64,000 nt of DNA, taken from Heteronotia binoei. Its lineage: Eukaryota. Shown piece by piece: positions 1 through 13,959 of this stretch. The notes under the pieces were generated by a model. It ran no database searches and was not told where the DNA came from. It was given only the letters and a program-made list of their open reading frames with translations. Each line of letters opens with the position of its first letter. Position 1 is the stretch's first letter. A program made the position numbers and the translations under genes. The stretch lies in assembly GCF_032191835.1 (NCBI RefSeq), contig NC_083227.1, positions 108,624,001-108,688,000 of the forward strand. The letters run 5' to 3'.

Positions 1-1604
1 TCAGAGTCCGAAGGGCACACTCACTATGGCAGACTTCAGAGTTTGCTATATACATATAAGAATGCTGAAGTAATTTCCTACCATTATTTGGTTATAGTAA
101 CAGTCACTTTTCTTCTGTTTTGTGAAAAAATTAGATCTCTCATACAGAGCTAGAAATATGCAAGGATCTCAGGTTCTGAGCATGTTCAGACCTTGAGAAA
201 TAAATTTCTAATCCGTGGATAGGAATCTGATTTGCGTTTATATAATCTGCTACCAAGCTGAAATCACTTTTGCTGATACAACTGCCATTCATGAGAAAAT
301 AAGATGCAACAAGCATGACTGTGTATACTTATGTATTCTCCTAGAATGAGCTAGAAACAGAACCTTCCCCCTCCTTTCACAAGCAGTCTTTTCAAGTTTA
401 CAACATATAATTTTTCATTTCCATTCAAACGATGGTGTATTTTAGAAGCTTACTGCTCTGGATACCCACTCTGCATTGCTGACACAAACTTTTCAAAAAT
501 TACAACGTCCACCAGGGGGGATCATACCTTATCTAGAATACCAAAAAGAGAAGGCAAGTAGATTGTGTACACACAACCTTGGTGAAACCTGCTTAAGGCA
601 GACATTTACATTGGAAGGTAATCACATGGCTTCCAGCCCCACATTCATCTTTGTAAACTGAGAGCAAGGGAGAAACTTAGCCTTTCATCTGCTCACTATT
701 TCTCCTCCCACAGCCCTTCCTTCTCCAGCCTCTTGTCACCCAGCTACCTCTCAAAACAAAAATAAATCCTGATGGGGAAGAAGTACATGGAGAATTCAAG
801 ATTTAAGGCGTGTTAAGTACAGAAACACCCCTCATCAGTCCCCATTTCTATTAAACCTGTTTGCGGGTGCACCATGTAGTTCTAGTCTTTGTTATAAATT
901 AGTCCTTTTTAAAAAGCCAAAAAGGTGAGTTGCTAACATTGTAACATCTATTATGAAGAAATCAAACTATAATTACAGCAAGTGTTCTTTAAATATAGTG
1001 TCACAATGCATCCAAGGTTTTGTCCTATTTATTTTAATCACAGAAATTTAAGTGTATACCCAACTCTCCAGTTGAATCATTGGACGCCTACACACTGGGG
1101 ATATCTACTCAGAAGACCCATTATGTTCAATGGAATTTGCTTGTTTAACTTTGTATGGTATTGTAACCTTAGAACTGCTTGGATTTGTCCAGAGAACATC
1201 CACTGCCTACTCCAATTTAACCTCAAATACATTCAAGGACAAGCTATTATTGTAGTTTATTAAATCTTGCCTTTATGTCACAGCCAACACTAGTTACAAA
1301 AAGTACACACACACAACTAAAATACCTGGCTCATTAGTCTGTAAGATACAGAAGGTGCATTCCTCTGAAAACAAGAAACATTTATGAAGGAGAGAACAGT
1401 GTCATATAATATGTACACTGCACTGGGCTCAAACTGACAGCAGCAAAGTATTTCAGTGCATTATTTTCCTCACCAGCCTGAAACCTTCATGATTTTGTTG
1501 CATTTTACTCATGACACCACACAAATAAAAGGCATCTCCAAGACTCTGGAAATGGTCCCCTCTGAAATCAAAGCATGGTGCTGCAAAAACGTCAGTCCCA
1601 GCAG

Positions 1605-1775
1605 AGAGCCAGCATGACATAGTGGTTACCAATGTCTAACTAGAAGGATCCAAGAGCTGCAGATCTGAATTTTCATTCTACCACAGCTCACTAGGTGACT
1701 TTGGGCCAATCACTCTTTCTTCGCTCAGCCTACCTTATAGGCATGTTGCCGTGAGAATGAGACCCCATTGGTGAG
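1605..1775 (+). mobile_element. tRNA-derived SINE (degenerate, squamate type)
   Basis: agagagccagcatgacatagtggtta...ggtgactttgggccaatcactct...gcctacct...gtgaga; same layout as the copies near 33975, 50905, 51215 and 57610. Confidence 0.55.
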
Positions 1776-2029
1776 AAAGGGAAAGGGAAAGGAAAGGTCC
1801 CCTGTGCAAGCACCAGTCGTTTCCGACTCTGGGGTGACGTTGCTTTCATAACGTTTTCACGGCAGACTTTTTATGGGGTGGTTTGCCATTGCCTTCCCCA
1901 GTCATCTACACTTTCCCCCCAGCAAGCTGGGTACTCATTTTACCGACCTCGGAAGGATGGAAGGCTGAGTCAACCTCGAGCCGGCTACCTGATAACCCAG
2001 CTACTGCCGGGGATCAGGTCGTGAGCAGA
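1776..2029 (-). mobile_element. Sauria SINE (3' portion)
   Basis: aaaggaaaggtcccctgtgcaagcaccagtcgtttccgactctggggtgacg...ggtactcattttaccgacctcggaaggatggaaggctgagtcaacc is the reverse complement of the Sauria SINE body and tail as I recall it; second fragment at 43835-43925. Confidence 0.75.
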
Positions 2030-2799
2030 CCTGAGAAAAGCAGAGTACAACCTAAATACATTTCACACACAGAACTCTCACTAATTTCAGTTAACTAAAT
2101 ATTTAAGGGGCCACAAGACTTCTCTTCTTGGTTTTGTTGCAAGAGACCATTGCATCTATCCCGCTGGAAATATGATAGGAACAATCAGCTTTGCACCACT
2201 GCGGCATCCTTTCCCTGATGTACAACACAGCTTTTGTCTCTTCTCAGAAACTCGAAGCCCGTTCATTAACACTTCCTCGGGGACTAAAGAACGTGCCGTC
2301 GAGTCGCAAGAGACACAGGGCGACCCCCTTCCACGGGCTATTCCAGGAAAGAGACGAGCAGAGGTGACTTGCCTTGCCATCGCCTTCCTCCGCATAGCAG
2401 CCCCAGCGTTCCTTAGTGGTCCCTCTTCCGAGTACTGATGTATTGGAAACTGAAACCCATTAAAATCAGTCTATGCTTGCATCTCCCCCGCTCCCTCCCT
2501 CAAAACAACCTCGCAGGTAGTCTCGACCTTCAATTCTTGGCCGATCTGTGCCACGTGATCCAGCGTTACACACAGGGGGCTGCCCATTAGAAGGCGACCT
2601 TCACTTCCATCAACTACCGCGACGCCAGAGGCGCGTAGATGCCGCTTTTCTGCTAGTGGCGCTGCTTTAAGACTGAGACCTTTGCCGCGCCTGCCCTGCC
2701 CAGCACTACGTAACACTGGAGCATGCCGGGACGACTGCGACCTCAGCAGCTGACTTGGCTCCAACGCTCGGCCCCGCCTAACTGGAATGGCCGAAAAGC

Positions 2800-3500
2800 T
2801 CAATCTCCCAGATCCCTCTTTCGTCCCGACAGTTTGCCGCAGATGCCATAACCCTGTGCAGGCTGGGATTAGTAGTCATTCTCCTGTTTGGTGCCCTCGC
2901 TATGAGGGAGACTTCATACTCTATTTTCCAGCATGCGTCAGGAAGCGGCTCTTAGCAGTAACGCAGGCGCAGTCCTGCTGTTTGTTTGCGTCTGTAGAGG
3001 CCGTGAAGACCCGGCCTGTGGGAAGCAGTAAGAGCTCCTGCCTACTGGCGGAGGCGAGGGCGGCGGCTTTATGAGGGCGGCCCAGAGCGAGGAGGAGGAA
3101 GAAGGCTGAGCTTCCGGCGGAGAGACAGGGCCGAGGAGGAGGCTCTCCCATAAGGCCTTCCGCCCCGCTGCACAGCTGAATGGGGTTGCGAGGAGCCGGG
3201 CTGCGCCCACTCTTGGAAATCAACCACCCCTTTGCCTCGTCGCCTCTTGGCCTCTGAGACTCTCGCCTCATTCCAGTCTCCTGGAAGCCGCGGGTGGTGC
3301 CCGTGCTGCGTCAGACACCTTAGGGCGAGAGGGTCGAAGCAGTGGTATTGGAGAGGAACCCAGGGGCTACTAATGCTTTCCACTTGGAGGCAGGCTGGGT
3401 AAAGGAGCAGCCTCAGCGCCAATATCCAGCCGCTGCCGTCTCTCTTTGGGCGCTATGCGGAAGAAGATGATAGAGTTGGCGGTGATTCCGCATTGAGAAG
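2800..3500 (+). promoter_or_regulatory. CpG-island promoter / 5' UTR of TMEM115
   Basis: CpG-rich; ZNF143/THAP11-like site ctgggattagtagt (2863-2876, rc ACTACTAATCCCAG), ETS-like CAGGAAGC near 2939, NRF1-like acgcaggcgcag (2961-2972), GC boxes; lies directly upstream of the TMEM115 ATG. Confidence 0.65.
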
Positions 3501-3604
3501 AGGAAGGGGGTTCCTGGCGACCAGATCCTCTTCCTATCTGCCCCTAAGCCAAGTCTCTTGGATCAAGGATCCTGTTTTGTGTGGCAGGGCGTGTGGGTAT
3601 AAAC

Positions 3605-4458
3605 ATGAACAGATACCTTCCAGTAGCCCGGCAACATTTCCTGGCTGTACTGGCTAGTACCAGTGTAGTAGTGAAGTCTATATGTGCCATTGTGATTCTG
3701 CTCTACCTTCTTTCCTTTGCTGTGGACACAGCTTTTGGACTTGGGGTGACCCCTGGGTATCTCTTCCCACCCAACTTCTGGATTTGGACGTTGGCAACCC
3801 ACAGTGTTGTGGAAAAACATATCTGGAATGTAGGTGTGAGTCTGGCCACAGTGGTGATAGCAGGAAGGTTGCTTGAGCCATTGTGGGGAGCCTTGGAGCT
3901 TTTGATCTTCTTTGCTGTGGTGAATGTATCAGTTGGGCTCCTGGGGGCCTTCTCTTACCTTCTCACCTATGTGGCATCATTCAATCTCTCTTACCTATTT
4001 ACTGTTCGAATCTATGGCATGCTTGGCTTCCTTGGAGGTGTCTTGGTGGCTCTCAAACAGACCATGGGTGACAGTACTGTCTTGAAGGTACCTCAGGTAC
4101 GAATGAAGGTTGTCCCCATGCTCTTGCTCCTGATTCTGGCAGTTCTGAGATTGACCACCCTCATCGAAAGTAATGTCTTGGCTTCTTATGGTTTTGGAGT
4201 GCTTTCCAGTTGGATATATCTCCGTTTTTACCAGAGGCACAGCAGAGGACGAGGTGATATGTCAGACCACTTTGCATTTGCCACATTCTTCCCTGAGATC
4301 CTGCAACCTGTTGTTGGCTTGGTGGCTAACCTTGTGCACAGTATATTGGTGAAAGTGAAAGTCTGTCGAAAAACAGTGAAACGTTATGATGTCGGTGCCC
4401 CTTCCTCCATTACTATCAGCTTGCCTGGAACAGATCCACAGGATGCTGAACGGAGAAG
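3605..4458 (+). CDS. TMEM115: Transmembrane protein 115 (Golgi, rhomboid-like fold), coding exon 1
   Basis: ATG 3605 MNRYLPVARQHFLA...HSRGRGDMSDHFAFATFFPEILQP...ITISLPGTDPQDAERR; donor AG|gtaaat at 4459, phase 2. Confidence 0.97.
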
Positions 4459-5084
4459 GTAAATTTCTTGAAATGCAGAACTAACTGTATAAGATGAGGA
4501 CTCAGATGATGTAAAGAGTAGAAGTAATTAATTGCATAACAACTAATCATAAGTCATATTTTTTCATAGCAGAATTTTTATATTTTTTAAAAAAAAAACT
4601 TGTATTCAAGAGATCATTATACAAATGGCTGAAGGTAATGGGCAGTCATCTTTCTTTTCCCACCAAGCAGCCCTTTCCAGTTCCAGGAAAGTTTATTCCT
4701 GAAATCACAGGATCCACACTGGCTAATGACCATGAGGATCTGGAGACAGCAGTGGGGAGAGGAAGGAAGAAAAAATCACCATTCCTGTCACTGAGCTCCA
4801 CTGATGAAGGCCCCTTCCACTTTCTGTGTGTAGTCCACTGCTTCACGTGGCTGTTAGTTCATGCGGGACCTGTGTCTTTCTTTCTCAAGATATAAAAGGG
4901 CTACTGTGAGGAGCAGGGAAATTGTGCAGTCCTTGTGATGGATATATATCAATGTTTTCCAATTTTTTTTCATTAATAAAGTAATGATGATCTTTGGTTT
5001 CAATCAGTTTTTCCTACATGTTATGATCAATGGGTTTTTAATTTTTCTTGGGTACTATTGACAGATGTAAATTCTTGGACATGC

Positions 5085-6878
<1,794 letters not shown>

Positions 6879-8547
6879 ATTACTGAAGTCTTTCTCTGTC
6901 TTGGTGTTCTTTATTCACTCAATAGTGTTCACATGTTTACACAACAAAACAGAATGGGCATGCATTTTTAGGAGTCAGGCATGTACTTAGAATTGCCTTT
7001 TCCATTCTGTGAATATTGACTATTGTATATTGTGGTGTTCCTCCAAGAAACACTTGTCATAATGCCTTTATGCTGAGGGGCACTTCATGTGTGCCAGTGC
7101 AGACAGGAAATGTGTATCTAGTGGCTAAAGGTCTTGCATATTTCTGTCTCCCTTTCAAGCGTATAATATATCAACATGATGTGGAAGTGCAGGGTCTGTG
7201 AATAATAGGTAAAATACACATTATCTAGTTAACAATAATGAGGGAAACCAAAATTATGAGTAGTTTTGTGTATAGTAATGGTGCTCAAAACCTTTTGAAA
7301 TGGGACCCACTTCTAAATTTAGTCTTGAATGCCATGGTAAATCTCTGCTGATTTCCATTAGCAGAAGAGGACTTGTTTGATTCCTCCTTCCCACTGTAGG
7401 CCAAAATGTTGCCCTTAGGGGTAGACAAGAAGAACATGATGTAGCAGTCCAAGCTGCAGCAGGAAGTGGTATTGACCCAAATCCCGCCGCTGCCTTAACA
7501 GATTTTGCATGGGATCCAATTTTACTATAGTTTTTGAGAACCTCTTGGAAAGTAATTTCATCCCTCCCCCTCAATATAAGACTTAGGAGTTTCCATCAGT
7601 TAAAACTGAACAAATGAATATTTTACTTTTTATTTAATATTTATAACTATATGGCACTACACAATAACCAGTTGTATTTTGTGGCTGTTTTGTAATTCTG
7701 CAGAGGCAAACTTCGCTCTTTTGACTCACTTGTTGTTCCTTATGGCTCCTGGCCTCGTTACCAACCTCTGAGAGAGTCATAGTCCATTTTGGGGTCGTTA
7801 CCCATGCTGGAGACCTGCTGATGTATAGCATTCTTACTAAAAAATACTAAACCCATCTAGGTGCTTGTTTAAAGGAACACAAACTCTTTTGTCAGTTTGC
7901 CACTAAACACGTAGAATGTTTGTAAAAATATATGCTGTTAACTTCAACAGATCTTCTGTCATGCTTAAAGAAACAAAATTAGAATCGTTTTGGCAACATG
8001 TCAAATTTTGGTGCTTATCTTGGTCTTTGCCAATTGTGGTCTTCAAACTTGTTTCAGGTTGAACACCAAACACCAGGTAATCATTCATGTTTTTCTAATT
8101 ATTTTAGTGACCAATGCTAAGAATGTTTCTAAAAAGTTTTTTTGCTTGATGCACTGAATTTCTGTTTTTTCCCCCACACTTTGAACTTAAAAAATTAAAA
8201 GCTAACAGTGCCTGTCCATTCTTGAGTGTGGCTTTCATAGGCTACTGTCATATGTTTAAAAAAATACAAACCTTTCCTTGTATTAGTCCTGGTTGATCCA
8301 GTTTGAGGATTAAATGAGTTGAATTTATGCAGAGCCTTTAGCTGTCTACAGCTAGCAGCAGCCAGAGTAACTGCCACACCCATGTATGTGCCTGCCACCC
8401 CAAGCAAGGCTCTAGGGTCAGTATATTGAAGGGAGACTTGCTTTAAATGAGCGTCAAACCTTGACAAGTTAAAAGCAAACTACAGCAAGTAGCTACCTGC
8501 TTGACAAACCTGCCAGTCATATTTCTTGTACAGTTAATACTATGTGG

Positions 8548-8606
8548 TCCCGGAGCCTGCTCCGGCGGGGAGGGCGGGATACAAATAAAATTTGTTGTTG
8601 TTGTTA
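8548..8606 (+). mobile_element. Extreme 3' end of an L2-family LINE with (TTG)n tail
   Basis: gagcctgctccggcggggagggcgggatacaaataaaa matches the 3' end of the element at 60278-62873. Confidence 0.7.
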
Positions 8607-11112
8607 TGTGGAAACACTTTTCATGAAGTCCTATCCATGGTTACTCCAATTTCCCTTTGGTTTCAGGGAGCTTAAACTGCCCTTACTTTGCATTAGACTG
8701 CATTGTAGGTCAAATTAGTAAGTAGTTAATACCCACACTGTGTTGACAGGGTGTGCAAATGTTGTTTAGGGAATATAAATGTGGGGCACTTTCTACAGGT
8801 GAAACATTCAGTAGCATTCAGTCCTAAAGTATTTTTGGTAAAGTTGAAAGATGTGAGGTTTCTTTAAGTGTCCACTAAAATCTGTGTGCTAAGACCACAT
8901 TTCTACTTCCTTTTTATAGAAATATTCATTCTCAGCCCTAATGTTTGTCCTTAGTCCAGTTTGCATGTGCACATAACTCTTGTTATGTGCCTAGTTGCCT
9001 CTGATTTTGAGACAGCTGTGCTTGTAAAAGAATCCCATGTTTCCTCAGGAATTACAGGTGTATGTTGGAGTTTCAATGGAATTTTTTGTTATTCTATCTG
9101 GTTGCTTGTATATCTAAGGGGCTCCCAACTTTCCCCCCCAAGACGTGAAAGATTTCATGACTACACTTGTGCAAATGAAGTAATACACCACCTGATGCAG
9201 AGATTGAATTGACTTTATTATATCAAATGAATAAAGATTAAGCAAAAGGTTATATTTTTCTGATCAGAATTGCAATGTGCTAGTTATTTATTGAAATGTT
9301 GGGACTGACCAGAGTATGTTTCTTTTTTTAGTCAATGCTTGCTGAAGGTGTTAATAAATCTCCCATAATTTCATTGGGGTTTGTTTCCAGGTAATTGTTC
9401 CAGGTGTGAACTAAGTTAAGAGTCATGTCACTCCCTGTCTTTCGGCATTTGGTTTGCTAGAAAGCCAGGAGTTGATGTTTCTGAAGTGTCTTTCCTGAGT
9501 ACAGGAAAAGGTAAAAAGCAGATGTCTCAAACATGATGGAATAGAGATACTCAAGTGAGAGGAGAGCCATTGTTCACTATACATGCTGTCATGATTTCTG
9601 ATGGTCCAAGGTATATTGGCTAATTGTGCTGCAAATCAGGAATGAAGTACTCCAGAAAGGAGTTTTCCTTGCCTAAAATGAAAAGGGACAGACAGCTTTT
9701 ACTGTGAAGTACAACCTCAAATAAAAAGCACATATAGTTATTATACAACAGCATAAATTTTGATGGGGAGGCTTATAATGATGTCCTACATTGGTAAGGA
9801 ATGGTTGAAGAAATGCTGGGGTATAGTTATATGCACATAACTCATTAGACTATCCTAGGTGTGGATCAGTGAACTTCGATGTGTATCAGTGACTGGGAAC
9901 TTGTGTTTTAATTGCACTTCAGGAATTTTCTATATTCCAAAATATCACAGTGGTTCTAGGTGAGGACAGTGAAATTGAATTACAGTTGCACAACTTAAAA
10001 AGAGTCTATTACTTTCTTCTCCATTTATTTCCAGTGTGCTTTTGTTACTCCTATATTCATTCCTTTGTCTGGATTCATAACTATTTTATAAGGATTAGAG
10101 AGCAAAACAATCAAAGGGTGTGCCCAGAATTTTACAGTGGATAGATGCACTATCATATCTGGCAATTCTTGAACGTTTTACATAACGAAATATACAACAA
10201 ACCTAGAATGCAGCCTGCTTACAGAGCTATACATGGACTGAACAATTTGGGGGAGGAGGAGTAATCAAAAGGAGAAGAAAACATAACATTACTATTACAC
10301 AGCATTTGATGTACATCCCCCTTTCTTCTCACTCCAGGAATGTTGATTCCTGGCATCAATCTGCAAGGAATAATATCCATCAGATTTCTGAATAAAACTT
10401 AGTTGGTCTTAAAGGTGAAACTTATCTACTGCTCTGTTCTATTGCTTCAGACCAACACGGCTGCCCACTTGGATCTATCCATCAGAATTGCACTATGTAA
10501 TCTGCATTGAGTCTCCATGAGAGAGTTGTACTATAAATACAGTAAATAAATAAAATAGATCAGTAGACTGCAAAAAGGAGGGGAAAAGGGGGCAAAATTA
10601 CTTTTTTTTCTTTGTCAGTGGGTCAAAAGGGACCACTGGGGCAAGCAATTTCAGCAACAGTACATAAACCTGAAAGAGTTTCTCATTATTGGGAAACATC
10701 TTCATTGTCTGATAGGCAAGAACTATTTAGTAGAGAAAGGTAGGGAATATATTAAATTTTGTTGAGAACAGATTCATCCAAGGAACTGAGTTGCAATAGA
10801 TAAACAACTGAAATTAAAGTTTAAAGCCATTACTCGAATATTTTACTGTAAGGACAACTACTGTAGACACGTCTTTAACTTCAGTATGGCACTTCCAAGT
10901 GGCAGTCTGTGCCCAGAATACATACTGTCTGTAGGAGGATGAAACAGGAGTGGGGGTGAGCAGGAGTTAAGATCTGGTCTTTTGGAGGCATTGTATTCCC
11001 TTTCTCCCCTTTTAATAGCTGATCAAATGAGTAGCGCTCTCTTCCATGACTTAGTCACAAAACATTAAAACTAGCCTGCATTAACTAATTGGCTTGTTTT
11101 CTCATTCTTTAG

Positions 11113-11326
11113 ACAACTGGCCCTAAAGGCACTGAATGAGCGGCTAAAGCGTGTGGAAGACCAGTCAGCATGGCCCAACATGGAGGAGGAGGAGGAGGAT
11201 GAAGACAGCAGTAAGGTTGATATTCCACTGCTCCCCGAGAAGAGCCGGGACTCTGTCACTGCAGGAAAAGCAGCTTGCCAGGAATCCAGCCTCATTACCT
11301 TTGAGGATGCCCCCACTCAGTTGTGA
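11113..11326 (+). CDS. TMEM115: TMEM115 coding exon 2 (C-terminus, stop TGA 11324-11326)
   Basis: Acceptor ttctttag|A; QLALKALNERLKRVEDQSAWPNMEEEEEDEDSS...SSLITFEDAPTQL*; phase matches exon 1; total 355 aa. Confidence 0.96.
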
Positions 11327-12995
11327 CCATGAAGTTCCACCACCACCTTCTTCCTATCCCTGTGTGTCAGAGCTGCTAATGATCCTTCATGTGCCCTCCC
11401 TCACAGTACTGCCTGCTCTGCAGGGAACAAAACACTATGCCTGCTGGCCCTGAGAAGGTGAGGCTACCTCCTTCCAACATATATTAGCCCCATGTGGCTG
11501 ATGCCAGTTCTCTCTACTCCTGAAGGAAACTGTTCTCTATTGCATAGACTTGAAATTTTGGCTCTTCTCTTCAGAATTGAGAATTTCTTGGAATTTGGAG
11601 CGGAGGGAGTCTACATCTCCCCAGCAAAATAAGGAGGGCCAGTCTGAATAAAGCCCCCACAAAAGCTACCCACATCAGTGGCTTTTAAACACTTGTCTGT
11701 AGCTCTGTTTGGTTGCAGTTTTGGTCAGTCTGCACAGGGCCCAGGATGACCCAGCCTGGTGAATCTGATCTCCTTTTGAGCCCTTCGTGCCACACCACTA
11801 TGTGAACCCCACCTGGGCATATTGGAGCAAGCTCAGCAAGTGATACAATTTTTCCTTTTGATTTCCTTTTATCTCGGTGGCAGTGATTGTCAAAAATAAT
11901 TCTGCACTTTCCCTTTCTTATTTTCAGAGTTGGTTTTGGTATTGATTTAAATGAGCAAGCGCTTTTTTAATTAAAGAAATCCTTTGCTGTATTAAACTTA
12001 TCCTTCTGCCCTCTAGAGTTGGCAACAGCGGTGAACCCTGCCAAAAAGAGTTGCTGAATAAAGTTCTTGTAGGACCAGCTGTTAAAAGCCTTTTTGATAA
12101 CATAACCACTTAGGTCCATCTCTTAACTTTCTGAAAGTGATGTAGGGATGCTGAGCAGCCAGCTTCAAGTACCAATGCACAACATGGAAAAGCATAATCT
12201 CAGGCTTCCTACAGAACTTCTAGAGGGAACTGAATCTATTTTTTAGGCCTTTTTGTCCTTTATTTTCCTTTGCTATGATTCAGATGATAAAGCAGCTTCT
12301 ATTTTAAGTTGAATGCCAGTCCATTTTTTGACTATTGGGAAGTTCCTTATCCTGCAGTAGAAAATATGTGTTGTTGGTTCTATTTTCCTTTTAAAGGTGC
12401 TTTTTTTGTGCGGGGCTCCTAACAATTCCTCAGCTGTCTGCTTTTTCTCCTTGGTTAGATCATTTGCCTTTTTCTTCCTCTGGGCTGACATGCTTTTTTT
12501 TGTTTTGATTTGTGGGGAAGCAAACCCTAAGCTGTCTTGCCTTGACACCTAGCCTGGAAAGAGAGGAGCAGGGCAGGGGGCACTTAGGAGAATGGAACAA
12601 GAGTGTGAGACAATGTTATAATGATATTTTTTTAAAGGACCACATGAGAAGGTTTTTGTCAACCAGGAAATAAACACGTAATTTCAGTATCAATAAACTG
12701 TTCTTTCAAAGAGAGCATCTTGAATTGGCTTTAATTTCCCTTGACTGTCGAAATAAACACCTAGTTAAACAGTCCTAACAGCACCTTAGTTGCTCTTAAC
12801 ATCTGAGGATATTAACATCTTTATGGGACAGCTGAACCTATGTCTGCAATTCCCCCTCCCCCCAAGGTGTATCAGCAAGAGGTGGGAAAAGAGGAAAGCC
12901 CAATGAAGCAGCAATATTATATGCAAATAGCAGCCCTTTCACCTCTGCTTTTCAGTTTGTAATTTCAGGGGGTAAGGCAGAGGACAGCAGACAAG

Positions 12996-13959
12996 ACAAA
13001 TAACCATTTTTGTTGTGGACAGGGTGGTGTTTCAGGTTTGGAGTACAAGATGTTTCAGCAACTGCAGTGCACATATGTAAGGGCTTTTGAACTTTAATAG
13101 AAATAGGTTGTAAATTTCAACCAGATGTTAACAGGGAGACAGAAAAACAAGTCACAGAGTAGGAAGTGGTGGCTCTCAAGCTCTGAAGAGAGAAAAACTT
13201 GAAACACAGACACACTCACCACCCCAAAATATCTGATTTATTCAACATTTCTGATACGGAACCAAAGACAATATATATGTACACACACAATGAGTGAAGA
13301 GGGAAAATACTTCATGGTTAGCTGCCCTGCCTCAGGAACTGTTACATGTGAATGCATCACTTACCCGGCCTGGAATGGCAGCTGATCATACTCTTCTGGC
13401 CAATCTGTCAAATTATTTCTTGATAACAAAGTGCCTGATGAAAGTTGTTCTTCAACTGGTGCCCGCTGTAGCCTTCAGCTGCTAAGTATGTTTGAGCTGC
13501 ATTGATGGCATAATTCTTGAATAGTTAAAAGGAGATGTGTGGACCAGAGATTATTCTCTAAGGTGCTGTTATGCTTTCATAAGAGTTTGAAACAGCCCTC
13601 TAGCTAGGGATGTTGCATTCTCCCATCACTGAGTAACATACCTAATGGATCAGGACAGAATTAAATGAATAAGTTGGCAACATTCTAGAGTCTTGACCAG
13701 TCTGAAAGCTATATTTAATAGGGTACTCTTGGATACACTGTTCAGGTTCTGTGATGGGTTCACCTGTCCTGCGGAAAAACCATCTAACAGTTTAATACAA
13801 ATAACCATTTTTGTTGTGGAGAGGGTGGTGTTTCAGGTTGAAGCACAAGATGTTTCAGCAACTGCAGTGCACATATGTAAGGGTTTTTGAACTTTAATAG
13901 AAATAGGTTATAAATTTCAACCCAATCTGTTAACATCTGTAAGTAGGGAGACAGAAAAA
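12996..13959 (+). repeat. Dispersed direct repeat: ~150-bp copies at 12996-13147 and 13797-13959
   Basis: acaaataaccatttttgttgtgga...gatgtttcagcaactgcagtgcacatatgtaaggg...gggagacagaaaaa occurs twice with few substitutions. Confidence 0.9.

Noticed and set aside
1-1600. CACNA2D2 terminal exon expected from mammalian synteny
   Set aside because: No coding match found; AATAAA sites alone are not enough to call a 3' UTR.
3581-3604. GTG-initiated extension MAGRVGIN of TMEM115
   Set aside because: Artefact of alternative-start ORF calling; ATG 3605 is the first AUG in frame.
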